In this document: positions 30,420 to 40,767 of the stretch, piece after piece
Layout of the letters: the number at the start of each line of letters is the position of its first letter
Numbering within the stretch: the first letter of the stretch is position 1
IMG/VR virus record: IMGVR_UViG_3300032240_001991
Coordinates: 248,001 to 312,000 of that record
Strand: one strand, 5' to 3'
DNA: 64,000 nucleotides
The notes under the pieces: generated by a model
What the model was told of the DNA's origin: nothing
Databases searched by the model: none
Seen by the model: the letters and a program-made list of their open reading frames with translations, nothing else
Translations under genes and position numbers: made by a program

Positions 30420-33400
30420 TTAGGAACTAGTTATCAGTGTTGTTACGTTAAGCTCAGTTGCTGTTAAACTACTGATAATTTGTATATCGTTAACTGTTGT
30501 CCCGCTTACAAAGATCTCATTGCTTTGGCAGGTTATCTGAAATAAGCTACCAAAACTGCTAGTTGAAGACTTAGGAACTATAACGAAGTTAGTTATATCT
30601 GGTGTCATTATGTTCATAACATAAGTGGTTAATTCACCAAAGTTAAATGTTTGACCAAAGTCCCAATTTTCAATTGCAAAAAAATCATTTATTGCAGATA
30701 GTATTCTTGTTTGAAGACTGGTTGTGCTCTCGGTACTTGAAGCACTTTGCACTGCTTTAAATGTTGCTTGTAAAGATGGCACTGCCTGACTTCCAAACAA
30801 TACTTTGTATCGAGCAGGATGATAGACTATCTCGTCGCTTACGCTCTTTATAGGTTCAAGAAGTGCAGAATAATTTGCTTCTAAGCTTTCTGATGTTGGC
30901 GGAAGAGGTTCAGTCCCTGATCCTGATAGCAACCAAGTTCTGTACTGCGTATCGTATTCGCTACTAAGCAAGTAAACATCCATAATATTCATTTTACTAG
31001 GATCTAAACGGCGTTCATTTCCTGTATTGTGAAGATAATGGAATTTTATTCCTTTTCGTCCTGATCTTGCATAAAACGAAGGTTGAAGAACAAAAGAATA
31101 CGTAGATGCTACCCAGCTTTGAACTACGTTGTCTTCATAAAAATAATACAATCTTCCGTTAATTCTTTCGTTAGTTGTAACCGATGCTGCATTTGGATAT
31201 GGATAAATTGATCCAGTAAACAAAGTATAACGAAGACCATCTGTTGAGACAACGAAATAGACAAATTTATCTTTAAATCCTGTCTGACCGTTAACACTGT
31301 CAGGAGCAACAATATTATCAAACATGTCTGGGTCATCAATTTGACCGCTTTGACTATGGTCGTAAAAACTTACAAGAACTTTCTTAGGTTCAATATACCC
31401 GTCAGGTTCAATTACCGCACTGTCAATTTGCCAAGAATAATCAATGCCTAATGCATTTGAATTAGTAGGATTTTTGTTTATTGAAAGAACATCAACTTTA
31501 TCTTTAATTACTGTATCAGTAACAAAATCATAATTTTTCTTAGAAGGATCAACAAAAAATGCTGTTTGTGCTTGACTTTCAAATAGATATTCAGTAACTC
31601 GATAACGTACTGAGTAGTTTTTTCCTGTCCACTGGAATGCAACTAGCCAGCTTGAATCTAGATTAGTATTTGATACATCTTTCTGATAAGTTAAACTAAA
31701 TCCGTTAACAAGATCTAAATTTGTATCGGCTATGATATACCAAGATCTAGTATCATTAGCAAACGCTAATCCAAAATTTCTCTTTGACAAAGCTAAATTG
31801 ACTATCTCTGTTTCTAAACTATAAGATAAAATATTATCAAAAGGAGGAATAACCTCATAAGGAACAGCACCAGATGGTACAGATCCAGATAAAATTACAG
31901 GACCGGTTCCGTCACTAAGATTTCCTAGTCCACTATTTGATCCGTCTCCAATTACATTAACAACCTTTGCCCATATATATTCTACAGTAGTGTCATCTGC
32001 GATTGCGGTTAAGCTTCCAGAAGGTGTAAAATATCCTAGCGGGCTAAAGAATTTAACTAAAGATCCTGGTTCAATGAAAATTAAATTATTGCTGCCAAAA
32101 GATCCTACCATTGCGGGATTATTATTAGCGTCAAGAAAATATCCTCTAGTTTGATTTGTAGTTAAATTTGATTGATTCCACGATAAGCTATATCCGCTTA
32201 GATCAATTCTAGGATAATTCTTTTTATCAAGATAGAAGTTCTTTAATCCAGGAGAATTTATAATAGGTTCTATCTTAGACTTAACTATTGAAAAAATTTC
32301 GTTTCTAGTTGTGAAAGAAAATTGAAAATTATATTCATTATTTTCTTTATAAAGTATTCCGTCACTAGCAAAGATATCTGTTGAGCTATAAGCTCCGCTT
32401 ACATCACTTAATTCATAATATTTGCTAATGCCGCTGCTAACTCTATTAATACTTTTAACTTTAACAATATCAGGACTTACATTAAGAGGAGCTATGTTAT
32501 AATCTTCCCCTGTTATCATTCTATTCTGTGTATAATATACCTGCGGCGCTTTTAATTTAATGTCCGCATTTGATTCACTTCCTGTAGAATTAGAAACTGT
32601 ATACTTAAGGCTAACAATTATTGTTAGAGAGTGCGATTGACCATATTGGTTAACATACGGTATTTGAACAGAAATGTTATTCATCTGTTCAGGTTTAATT
32701 GAATAAGTTAGTCCATTGCTTTGACGATAGTATAATTTAAATCCACCTTTAGGTAAATTTCCAAAACTTCCATCAGCAAAGGAAAGATCTATTTGATCAT
32801 TTTGCCTTGTTAGTACTGCATAGAAGTTTCTTTCATCAGCATTGATACTATTATAAATTACATTGTTGCCAGTTACTGCAGAAACTTTGGTCCATAGTGT
32901 TTGAGGAGTTAGGCCATCTTGACTTAACTGCCATAGCCAAACGTCAGTATTGTTAACACCGTTGACATTTACGCCAACTAATTCATTTGGTACTGGACTT
33001 GATATATTAAAATTAGAGCTAGACATTGAGCCTTGCTTAAAGTGTACGAAAAATCCTGTGTTTGAACTGCCACTTCCTTGATTATCATTTTGGAATATAA
33101 TTCCAAATTGGTTCTTTGGCTTAGGTGCTTCTTCGTAAACATAGCTTTCGCCTGCAAATGTAGAGGAAACTAATTCAAAAGCCATTTGCGTACCAGAAAT
33201 GTTTTTACTAAAGGTGTAAATTGGAATATCGTTATTACTAGAGTTAAGTTTGTAAGAGTCCGTAACTATCCCATTTATAACAGTAGATGCTACAGGCTTA
33301 CCAAATTGTGCAGGCTGTGCTATTGCAGCGTTCATTACAGATATAAATTGTTGATACCAATTATCGTTAGATGGATCGTTCCACCCAATGATACTGTTTG

Positions 33401-33809
33401 CAAGATTGATACCGTTAGAATCGATAACACTTTCAGTTGTTGAAACGGATGTAATTTTTAAAAATCCGCTAGCAGGAATGTTACGCTTAGGATTATAACT
33501 TATGAGCTGTGCTAATCTTAATATACTATCTCTATTTTCAGCAGTTTCAAGAAAGTTATTTCTAGCATTTAAATCTATACGAAAACTAAGATTTTGACCT
33601 AAGAATGCAATTAGGTCTACTAATGCAATAAACTCGCTGCTATCAATATAATCGTTAAACTCTTCAGGATAATTCTCTCTAAGATACGTAATCATAGTAC
33701 GACGCAGAGTATCAAAGTCATAACTCTTAAAGTCTGCGTTCTTAAAACTTTGATAAATCTTAGTCCAGTCTTCTGAAACTAACAGCTGATTTGTTGTTGA
33801 TGGTATCAT
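30420..33809 (-). CDS. baseplate wedge subunit, T4 gp6-like
   Basis: DFDTLR..MI.YL, D..ARNNFLETA..RDS+LRLA..+SYNPKR, QNRMITGEDY. Confidence 0.85.
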   Translation of the reverse strand: MIPSTTNQLLVSEDWTKIYQSFKNADFKSYDFDTLRRTMITYLRENYPEEFNDYIDSSEFIALVDLIAFLGQNLSFRIDLNARNNFLETAENRDSILRLAQLISYNPKRNIPASGFLKITSVSTTESVIDSNGINLANSIIGWNDPSNDNWYQQFISVMNAAIAQPAQFGKPVASTVINGIVTDSYKLNSSNNDIPIYTFSKNISGTQMAFELVSSTFAGESYVYEEAPKPKNQFGIIFQNDNQGSGSSNTGFFVHFKQGSMSSSNFNISSPVPNELVGVNVNGVNNTDVWLWQLSQDGLTPQTLWTKVSAVTGNNVIYNSINADERNFYAVLTRQNDQIDLSFADGSFGNLPKGGFKLYYRQSNGLTYSIKPEQMNNISVQIPYVNQYGQSHSLTIIVSLKYTVSNSTGSESNADIKLKAPQVYYTQNRMITGEDYNIAPLNVSPDIVKVKSINRVSSGISKYYELSDVSGAYSSTDIFASDGILYKENNEYNFQFSFTTRNEIFSIVKSKIEPIINSPGLKNFYLDKKNYPRIDLSGYSLSWNQSNLTTNQTRGYFLDANNNPAMVGSFGSNNLIFIEPGSLVKFFSPLGYFTPSGSLTAIADDTTVEYIWAKVVNVIGDGSNSGLGNLSDGTGPVILSGSVPSGAVPYEVIPPFDNILSYSLETEIVNLALSKRNFGLAFANDTRSWYIIADTNLDLVNGFSLTYQKDVSNTNLDSSWLVAFQWTGKNYSVRYRVTEYLFESQAQTAFFVDPSKKNYDFVTDTVIKDKVDVLSINKNPTNSNALGIDYSWQIDSAVIEPDGYIEPKKVLVSFYDHSQSGQIDDPDMFDNIVAPDSVNGQTGFKDKFVYFVVSTDGLRYTLFTGSIYPYPNAASVTTNERINGRLYYFYEDNVVQSWVASTYSFVLQPSFYARSGRKGIKFHYLHNTGNERRLDPSKMNIMDVYLLSSEYDTQYRTWLLSGSGTEPLPPTSESLEANYSALLEPIKSVSDEIVYHPARYKVLFGSQAVPSLQATFKAVQSASSTESTTSLQTRILSAINDFFAIENWDFGQTFNFGELTTYVMNIMTPDITNFVIVPKSSTSSFGSLFQITCQSNEIFVSGTTVNDIQIISSLTATELNVTTLITSS

Positions 33810-33835
33810 AACTCAAATGTTCTCAATGATACCGT

Positions 33836-33841
33836 TATTTA
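33836..33841 (-). promoter_or_regulatory. putative late promoter TAAATA
   Basis: AATAAATA in the gap upstream of the gp6-like gene. Confidence 0.5.
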
Positions 33842-33863
33842 TTGGTTTTAATATATTGGTATT

Positions 33864-34304
33864 TTATTGAGGTACCAATCCAATCTCTTTATCAAAAGCC
33901 AATCTCATAGCAATAGTTTGATCAGAACCAATAACCTGTAGCGTTAACTCTAAAAGCATGCCGTATTCTTGCTCATCAATAAGAATTTGTATAGGTATTA
34001 CCCTAGGGTCTGACCTGCATATTCTATTAATATCGTCTGCTATAGCCTGTTTTACATCTTCAGTAAAAGGTTCAAAAATTAAAGACCAAATAATAGTACC
34101 ATATTTTGGCAGCATTACCCGCTCACCTTGTTTAGTATTGAACTGATTTAGGAAGTCCTGTTTTACTAACTCAAAATCATAAAGTGAAGTAGACCCTAAT
34201 GCGCCTACATTAATAGAGCTATATCCTTTGTAAAACTGACTTTCTTGCTTAGTATAGCTTGTATTATACTGGGCAGGATTTAATTCAATATTTTTATATG
34301 GCAT
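33864..34304 (-). CDS. baseplate wedge subunit gp25 (GPW/gp25 family)
   Basis: DFELVKQD..N.F.T..GERVM.P.YG..IW.LIFEP, DPRV; TAAATA (34309-34314) lies 4 nt before the ATG. Confidence 0.9.
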   Translation of the reverse strand: MPYKNIELNPAQYNTSYTKQESQFYKGYSSINVGALGSTSLYDFELVKQDFLNQFNTKQGERVMLPKYGTIIWSLIFEPFTEDVKQAIADDINRICRSDPRVIPIQILIDEQEYGMLLELTLQVIGSDQTIAMRLAFDKEIGLVPQ

Positions 34305-34311
34305 AAAGTAT

Positions 34312-35841
34312 TTATTTGCTGGCTGGATTAGCTGTAGGCTGCGTTATATCGGTTGCTGCAGGAGCAAATTTTTGAGGGTCAATATTTTCATGCTGATCCC
34401 ACGGTTCATGTGTTGGCACTCGTTGAAGAATAGTACTAATTCCGTCAGACTTATAAAATTTACCATTAGTCCAACCAGCATCAACTGTTCTATTTGGTAC
34501 AGTAAACAAGATTAACGGATCTGGCTGAGTCGCTATTTCTGCTGCTGTAGCTGCTTCTGCAGAAGGCCCATTAAAATGTATTTTTGCTGCCGTTGCAATT
34601 AAACTGCCAACGGAGCCTAAATGTGTAGAACCACCTGTGCTTATTCTTACATGACTTTCGCCCGAGAGATCCATACCCGCACCTGCAGTTTCTGAGATCC
34701 CTTTAGTAACAGATAGATTGTAATCTTCGCCTACTGCTAATTTTAATGTTTTTCCTACAGTTTCATCCTTAGTATTAGTAACTAATATTTTAGCAGAATC
34801 TCCTACAATTAAATTATAATTTCCTGTAATGTTTGTTTCCATCTTTCCGCTAGCACGAAAATTAATATTTCTTCCTGCTTCAATATTAACATCTCTATCT
34901 GCCCTAAAATTAAAATCTGTTTCTGTGTGAATGCTTACGCTATCATGTGCAAAAATATCTATCTTGCCATTTGATGTTAATTCTATCCATGCAGTTCCTT
35001 GGCTATTAGCGATATAAATTAAATCACTACTATTATGTAATAATATCTGGTGTCCGGTTCGTGTTCTAATACGAACTAATTCATTTTGTCCAGATTCGTC
35101 ACCATCGTCCATTACAAATTGAGAACCGCCTAATCTACTAACAGGAGTAATAACTTTATTTTTATATCCAATTGCGGCTTTTTTTCCGTTAGGATTAATA
35201 GGCCCAGGAGTGCTAATGCCAAAGACTTTGCTTGGTACTTCTCTTCTTGCAGAACTTGACGTTACTCCTCGGATATTATCAAGTAATAGGCCCTGGGCCA
35301 ACAATCTATCAGCAAAAGGATGAACAGGTTTTTTTTGAGAATTAGGACTTAATAAATCTTTTGCATTTCTTTTAAGAAATTCTGCTACAGGAAGATTTTT
35401 AGTACCATATTTTAATTCTTCTTCAGGCGTCAAATGAGAATTCTGACTAGCTGCTAGCCCGGGAATCATGTGATTTTGGAACTGATCTGGAAGACAACCT
35501 ATCCAATAACCTAGAGGATGTCCTTCAATGAACATTACTAAAACTTTAGTTCCTACGTCAGGAGGTACCATCCAGAACCCATAGCTCTTTTGTACATCAT
35601 TAAACTTTGTAGGATCAGTTCCTTCAAAATCTACGTTTGTAACTCCATAAAAAGGACTTACGTATTGAACAGGGAAAACTTCGTTTTCTAAGTTTGCATT
35701 ATTAGTAAAGCCTCTTTCAATTGCAACTTCAACAGCTCCCATATACGTAGGATCTTTTAAATTTGTAATTCTGCCAATATAGGTACCGGGTTTTGGTGTC
35801 CCTCCTCTAAATTGACTTCTAGTTCGTTGTTGTATTGGCAT
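34312..35841 (-). CDS. baseplate central spike, gp5/VgrG-like (OB fold plus beta-helix, no lysozyme domain seen)
   Basis: DPTYMGAVEV, YGFWMVPPDVGTKVLV.F..G, RIRTRTGHQI, beta-helix repeats, RVPTHEPW. Confidence 0.8.
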   Translation of the reverse strand: MPIQQRTRSQFRGGTPKPGTYIGRITNLKDPTYMGAVEVAIERGFTNNANLENEVFPVQYVSPFYGVTNVDFEGTDPTKFNDVQKSYGFWMVPPDVGTKVLVMFIEGHPLGYWIGCLPDQFQNHMIPGLAASQNSHLTPEEELKYGTKNLPVAEFLKRNAKDLLSPNSQKKPVHPFADRLLAQGLLLDNIRGVTSSSARREVPSKVFGISTPGPINPNGKKAAIGYKNKVITPVSRLGGSQFVMDDGDESGQNELVRIRTRTGHQILLHNSSDLIYIANSQGTAWIELTSNGKIDIFAHDSVSIHTETDFNFRADRDVNIEAGRNINFRASGKMETNITGNYNLIVGDSAKILVTNTKDETVGKTLKLAVGEDYNLSVTKGISETAGAGMDLSGESHVRISTGGSTHLGSVGSLIATAAKIHFNGPSAEAATAAEIATQPDPLILFTVPNRTVDAGWTNGKFYKSDGISTILQRVPTHEPWDQHENIDPQKFAPAATDITQPTANPASK

Positions 35842-35842
35842 A

Positions 35843-38800
35843 TTATCCCGACAAATTGCTTTGAATTAAGGTTTTTAAAGGACTAAAGGCTGCATTACTG
35901 GCGCTTCCGTATTTACTAACTACCGACGATGCTACACTTGATACGTTAGGAACCCCAGAAGGAACAAACGAGCTAATATTATTTAAACTCGCTTCTATGC
36001 TAGGTGCCGAATTAGTTAACTTACCTAATCCAGCTTGTAAAGTAACAGCTTTGTCTGCAAGAGATGCTGCTCCAAGTGTAGAGTTTTTTACTAATGAAGG
36101 AACAGGCTGATTTTTTAATAAATCAGTAACTCCAGGAATAAGAGAAGCACCAGGAAGATTATCTAGTTTTCCGCCTCTATCTACAATATACTTAATGTCC
36201 TTAAGGTTAAACGCAGGAGCAGGTGCTGTTGCATCTGGTTGTGTAGCCGGAATATTAGGTAAATTAGCTGTTGGTATGTTATTGAAAATAAGACCTTTAT
36301 CAATTGCAGCTCCAAGATTAACATCGCTTGGTAAAGACTTAGCTGCGGAAGAAATTTGATTAACAATACTTGCCTGTAAATTTGGGCTTAACCCAGCTAA
36401 ACTACTAGGTGTAATACCTAATTGTGCTGCTAACGCCGCATCTTGTCCGTTTATTCCGTCTAATTTAGAAGCAGCTTGCGAAACTAACCCTGCAGCACTT
36501 TGCCCAAGGCTTCCTACTGCTGCAATTGCACTTTTTCCTAATGTCTCTACTGTTCCATTGCCTGTAGCTAGTAATGAACTTCCTAAATTTGTAGGAGTAA
36601 TTTTGCTTAATCCAACTGAATTAGCAGTTGCAGCAAGTTGATTAACTGATCCGCCCGCACTGTTAATATTGGTAGAAAACGTTGATAATCCAGAATTTGT
36701 TAATCTTAAGGCTGAAGAGACATTAGTTAACCCTTGTGATATAGGGCCAGAACCTTGACTTATAAAAGAACCCAATGCACTAGTTGCACCTGCTGCTAAA
36801 CTTGCAACTGAATTTACAAGAGATCCAATTGCCGTTCGGCCAGGAAATGACCCAGCTAACCCTCCTAAATTCCCTGGAATTAAATTTGACAATTGATTAG
36901 GTAATCCTGTAAGTGGTAGCCCTGCAGCAATCTGCGATATTAAATTATCAGCTGACGGTGTTACGGTTGACACTGGAGGAGTCGGCGTTGGAGTTGATGC
37001 CTTTAATGGATCAGGAACCGATCCAACTAGGGATATAGGTTTCTTTGTTGGTTCTTGATTAGTATCCTCAAGCTGGTAAGGCATTCTAATTAGTTGTAAT
37101 GTTTGTAGGAACTCTCCGTTTCTAAATTCGCTCTTTAAACTTATAACTCTAAATACTCCGCTGTACAAAGCAGACCTGTTATCAAAGTAAGCAAACCCTG
37201 TATCAGCATCAATATCTATAGGATTCCTAAACATAATTAAAATATGTATATCTCCCATATATGCATTAGCCTCGCCCTCTCCTGCGCTGCCATCAGGATT
37301 TGTTACTAGTTTTTGATTTCCTACTCCGTTAGTAACTAGGTAAAAGGGATCTCCAACAATTTGTAGTTCTGCTTGGCACTGATCAACATTTTCAAGTATT
37401 GCTTGATGCATGCCTTTAGCTAAATCAGCATAAGGATCTACCTGCGGGAATGTAGCGTTTTGATTTCCACTTTGTATTGGTGTACTTCTCAAAGCTGAAG
37501 CAGTAACTGGCGCATTGCCCATAGCACTATTATTAGGAGAACCTTCTGGCATAGATGCTTTAGAAGGATCTGTAGATTGAAGAGAATTTTCAGTTGCAGG
37601 CATACTAGGCTTGTTTCCCATAGCTCTAGGAATAGCCTGAAAGAATAATGTATTAAATTTTAAATTAAAGTTTCTAATGTCAACGTTTTGACCTGTATAA
37701 AAATAATTATATTCTCTAAGAACTGCTTGTTTGATGTTAGAAGTATCAACTACATCAGCAGGTCTTGGTTGAATTCTAGTATAATGCAGATCGTATTCTA
37801 TAACCACATATCGATAATGTAGGCAATCATGATTTCTTTTCTTATCAAAGATTCCTCTTTTTGTAATTTCGGCATGTACCATAAAATACTTAACCATGCC
37901 AGTATTAGGATCAATCCTAGATGCAAAATTGTTTAATATTTCTTTAGTGTAACTACTATCTCTAATAATTGAAGTAATACAATCATATATATCTGCACTC
38001 TTAGCAAATTGTATTACAGGCTTTGTAGGATCAAGCCTTACTACTTCTCCCTGCTCTGATTCTGGATTAGGAAATGCATAGACACTATTACTTTTTAACA
38101 ATTCAGCTACCGTTGCATTTGCTATTTTGTTTTTATTATATCCATCTTTATTAGTTAGATACTCAGGATCAATACCTGTATCTGATCTTGTTGGAAAAAC
38201 AATTTCGTAAGTATCGTACTTGTTTCTATCTTCTGAATTTCCTTCAGTCCCTATATCTGATTGAATTGTCTGATTTACACCATCAATAAAATTTATTAAA
38301 ATTTCTCCTACGCTACTGCCGGAAGTTTTAATATCATGATCTAAAATAGCAGGAGATCCCATAGCCTTTTCATTAAAAGGAACGCATTTACATCTGTACC
38401 TTGCACCAGATTCCGTTACATCAATATCAAGACCAGTAAATCCCATTACAAAGAATCTAGTAGAATTTGGAACTCTTTCTGCGTCTACGAGATCATCGCT
38501 ATCCTTGTATCCAATAAATTCCATTTTAAGAAGATAAGGACAATTTATGTAACTATCATGTCCGGCAGCAACTGCGGACACCTGCAGTGCTTCGATAAAT
38601 CCAGTCATACTGTATGGTTCAAAAACGTCAAATTCAATTTTAGTAGCAATACTCATGCTAGTTACTTCACCGCCACCAATTAAGGTTTCAAGGTGAACAT
38701 TGTCAATAAAAAAATCAAATCTTCCGGGGCTTTGAGCATTGAATCCGTCAACAAGCGCCTGAACATCTTGGGGTTGCATTAATCCGGTATCAGGATTAGC

Positions 38801-39112
38801 AGAAGTGACCGGTGTTCCTTGCTGAGGAGGCGCTCCCAAATCAGTTGGTGTCTGCATTCCAGACGAGCCTTTTCCTCCTGACTTTGCAATAACAAAATAA
38901 TCTTGATTAACAGTATATGTACTAGGATCTTCTAATGCTCTACTTTTTAAAGATGCCAATGTAAAAATATAATTGTATGATCGATAAGCGTTTAAGGGAT
39001 TTTTAGCATTGCTTCTAACTATTCCAGGCATCTTTGTTGTATTGTCAGCCTGCTTCGCTGGAGTTTTATTTTCAACTGTGGTTGAATTTGTTGTTTGCGA
39101 AACGTCGGCCAT
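35843..39112 (-). CDS. baseplate hub protein (gp27/gpD-like) with long low-complexity C-terminal extension
   Basis: NPL..Y.SYNY.FTL, F.V.EPYS..F, L.IVGDPFYL, YSGVFRV....SEF.NG.F.Q.L.L+R; adjacent to gp5 and gp53. Confidence 0.65.
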   Translation of the reverse strand: MADVSQTTNSTTVENKTPAKQADNTTKMPGIVRSNAKNPLNAYRSYNYIFTLASLKSRALEDPSTYTVNQDYFVIAKSGGKGSSGMQTPTDLGAPPQQGTPVTSANPDTGLMQPQDVQALVDGFNAQSPGRFDFFIDNVHLETLIGGGEVTSMSIATKIEFDVFEPYSMTGFIEALQVSAVAAGHDSYINCPYLLKMEFIGYKDSDDLVDAERVPNSTRFFVMGFTGLDIDVTESGARYRCKCVPFNEKAMGSPAILDHDIKTSGSSVGEILINFIDGVNQTIQSDIGTEGNSEDRNKYDTYEIVFPTRSDTGIDPEYLTNKDGYNKNKIANATVAELLKSNSVYAFPNPESEQGEVVRLDPTKPVIQFAKSADIYDCITSIIRDSSYTKEILNNFASRIDPNTGMVKYFMVHAEITKRGIFDKKRNHDCLHYRYVVIEYDLHYTRIQPRPADVVDTSNIKQAVLREYNYFYTGQNVDIRNFNLKFNTLFFQAIPRAMGNKPSMPATENSLQSTDPSKASMPEGSPNNSAMGNAPVTASALRSTPIQSGNQNATFPQVDPYADLAKGMHQAILENVDQCQAELQIVGDPFYLVTNGVGNQKLVTNPDGSAGEGEANAYMGDIHILIMFRNPIDIDADTGFAYFDNRSALYSGVFRVISLKSEFRNGEFLQTLQLIRMPYQLEDTNQEPTKKPISLVGSVPDPLKASTPTPTPPVSTVTPSADNLISQIAAGLPLTGLPNQLSNLIPGNLGGLAGSFPGRTAIGSLVNSVASLAAGATSALGSFISQGSGPISQGLTNVSSALRLTNSGLSTFSTNINSAGGSVNQLAATANSVGLSKITPTNLGSSLLATGNGTVETLGKSAIAAVGSLGQSAAGLVSQAASKLDGINGQDAALAAQLGITPSSLAGLSPNLQASIVNQISSAAKSLPSDVNLGAAIDKGLIFNNIPTANLPNIPATQPDATAPAPAFNLKDIKYIVDRGGKLDNLPGASLIPGVTDLLKNQPVPSLVKNSTLGAASLADKAVTLQAGLGKLTNSAPSIEASLNNISSFVPSGVPNVSSVASSVVSKYGSASNAAFSPLKTLIQSNLSG

Positions 39113-39113
39113 G

Positions 39114-39416
39114 TTAGGTTCCTAAGACTGACTTTAACGTAGCCATCTGTGGCAAATAAATTTCTTGCCCTGCATATAGGTCATAGACTGGATCTTTTAT
39201 TACATCTTTATTTCTAACAGCAAATACCCACCAAAGATTTACGTCGCCGTATAAATCATAAGCTAGTAAATCAGGTCTATTAGAATATTGACTAGTAACT
39301 GTAAATTTAACATCGTTAGTGACATTTGGAATATTTCTAAAATTGATAAGGTCTAGATAAGAACCAACAACAGGAGTTGTGTAATACGGACTAGTCTTTG
39401 CATAGTTATTTGCCAT
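39114..39416 (-). CDS. baseplate wedge protein gp53-like (LysM-type)
   Basis: YSNRPDLLAYDLYG...LWWVFA.RN; true start MANNY at 39416 (TAATG overlap with the upstream stop). Confidence 0.85.
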   Translation of the reverse strand: MANNYAKTSPYYTTPVVGSYLDLINFRNIPNVTNDVKFTVTSQYSNRPDLLAYDLYGDVNLWWVFAVRNKDVIKDPVYDLYAGQEIYLPQMATLKSVLGT

Positions 39417-40672
39417 TATAGATATCCTTGCTCTCTTTGTCCACCAATTAACCATCCGGTAGTTGTTGCTTTTAGCATTTCATTTCTGCTGTAAATTGGA
39501 ATTAAATTCAATGTGATTGATGTAACGATTGGAACCGATGTTAATCCATATCCCCAATCTTTTTCTAACGTAAAATAGTCAACTGCGTCTGGGTATTCCA
39601 TTTTAAAACTTTTAACAGCTACGGGTGCTCCGTCAAGTTGATAGTCGCCGTAGGCGAATAATCTGCATACTGGGGGAGGACTTCCTGCGTTTGGATCATC
39701 TCCAAACGGCATTTTTGTTAATGCTCTGCATAAATGTTGTACCGCTAATAGTACCGCAGCATCAAAAGAATTCTGCACGGTAAATTTTCCCGTTAGTGAG
39801 ATTTCTCCTACTGCACTATTTTTATAAAAGTACTGAGTATAATTAGAATGAATTGCATTATTTGCTTGGTAACTTGCAGAATGCTCAATGCTAATAGATG
39901 GAGTGTAAGGAAAAATAATGCCACCGTTTAACGATAATATCCCGCGGGTAGTATTTTTACCTGCAGGAGGTCCGCTAGCAGGCCCAACAAGATATGACGG
40001 AGGTACAATTAATCTCACACGGTTATCGCCGTTTTTAAATTTTGCAAAAGCTGGAGTAACATTTGCAGGATTGGCACTAGGTTTGGCATCAGCTGGAATC
40101 TTTGTTGCTGTTACCTTTACTTCTTCTATTGTACCCCCTCCTACAATATTTTGCGGATTGGACATTTTAGCTGCTGACGCAGCACCGGATGCACTAGGGT
40201 TAGTAGTTGAAGTGCCTGTTGATGCATACGTAGTTGTTTTTTGTGTACCGGATGCACTTGTAGTATTTGTTGTACCGTTGGAACTTACTTGCGTTGAAGA
40301 TCCTGCAGGCGGAGTTGCAGATGCTGCTTGAGTTGCAGCGGCTTTAGCATCGTTTAACGCTGTTTGGGCTGTCCTAACTTTATATTGTGCATCTTGAACT
40401 GCGTTCAGTGCATCTTCCGCAGCTTTAGCTAAAGGAACAAACGCTGCTTCAGCCTGTTTTCTTGCATTTGTTGCTGCGGTAACCTGAGCCTCTGTTCCGG
40501 TTCCATTATTAAATGCTGCAATAGCAGCGTCTTCCGCATCGCTAGCTGCAAGAGCAGCGGCTTTTGCTTTATCTCTCGCTGCGTTGGCTGACGCAGAGGT
40601 GCTCTGTGCAGCAGTTAATGCTGATTGTGCAGCAGTTAATGCTGATTGTGCAGTATCTATAGATGACGCCAT
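39416..40672 (-). CDS. tail tube initiator / baseplate protein (gp48/gp54-like C-domain) with Ala-rich coiled-coil N-terminus
   Basis: GIIFPYTPSI...A.Y....HSNY...Y.NS, GSPPPVCRL.AYG, P..VDY; start moved to ATG 40672 (AAGGA SD, TAAATA at 40692-40697). Confidence 0.65.
   Translation of the reverse strand: MASSIDTAQSALTAAQSALTAAQSTSASANAARDKAKAAALAASDAEDAAIAAFNNGTGTEAQVTAATNARKQAEAAFVPLAKAAEDALNAVQDAQYKVRTAQTALNDAKAAATQAASATPPAGSSTQVSSNGTTNTTSASGTQKTTTYASTGTSTTNPSASGAASAAKMSNPQNIVGGGTIEEVKVTATKIPADAKPSANPANVTPAFAKFKNGDNRVRLIVPPSYLVGPASGPPAGKNTTRGILSLNGGIIFPYTPSISIEHSASYQANNAIHSNYTQYFYKNSAVGEISLTGKFTVQNSFDAAVLLAVQHLCRALTKMPFGDDPNAGSPPPVCRLFAYGDYQLDGAPVAVKSFKMEYPDAVDYFTLEKDWGYGLTSVPIVTSITLNLIPIYSRNEMLKATTTGWLIGGQREQGYL
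40605..40653 (-). repeat. 21-nt tandem repeat (2.3 copies) encoding the heptad AQSALTA
   Basis: tgtgcagcagttaatgctgat twice, then tgtgcag. Confidence 0.85.
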
Positions 40673-40725
40673 ACTAATAATCCTTATGTCATATTTACCT
40701 AATAAATAATCTACGCAGATAATGG

Positions 40726-40754
40726 TTGACACATTGTTGTGTTTTTGCTACACT
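40726..40754 (+). promoter_or_regulatory. sigma70-type promoter of the late sigma gene
   Basis: TTGACA, 17-nt spacer, TACACT with extended -10 TGc. Confidence 0.7.
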
Positions 40755-40767
40755 ACTATGATAGGAG

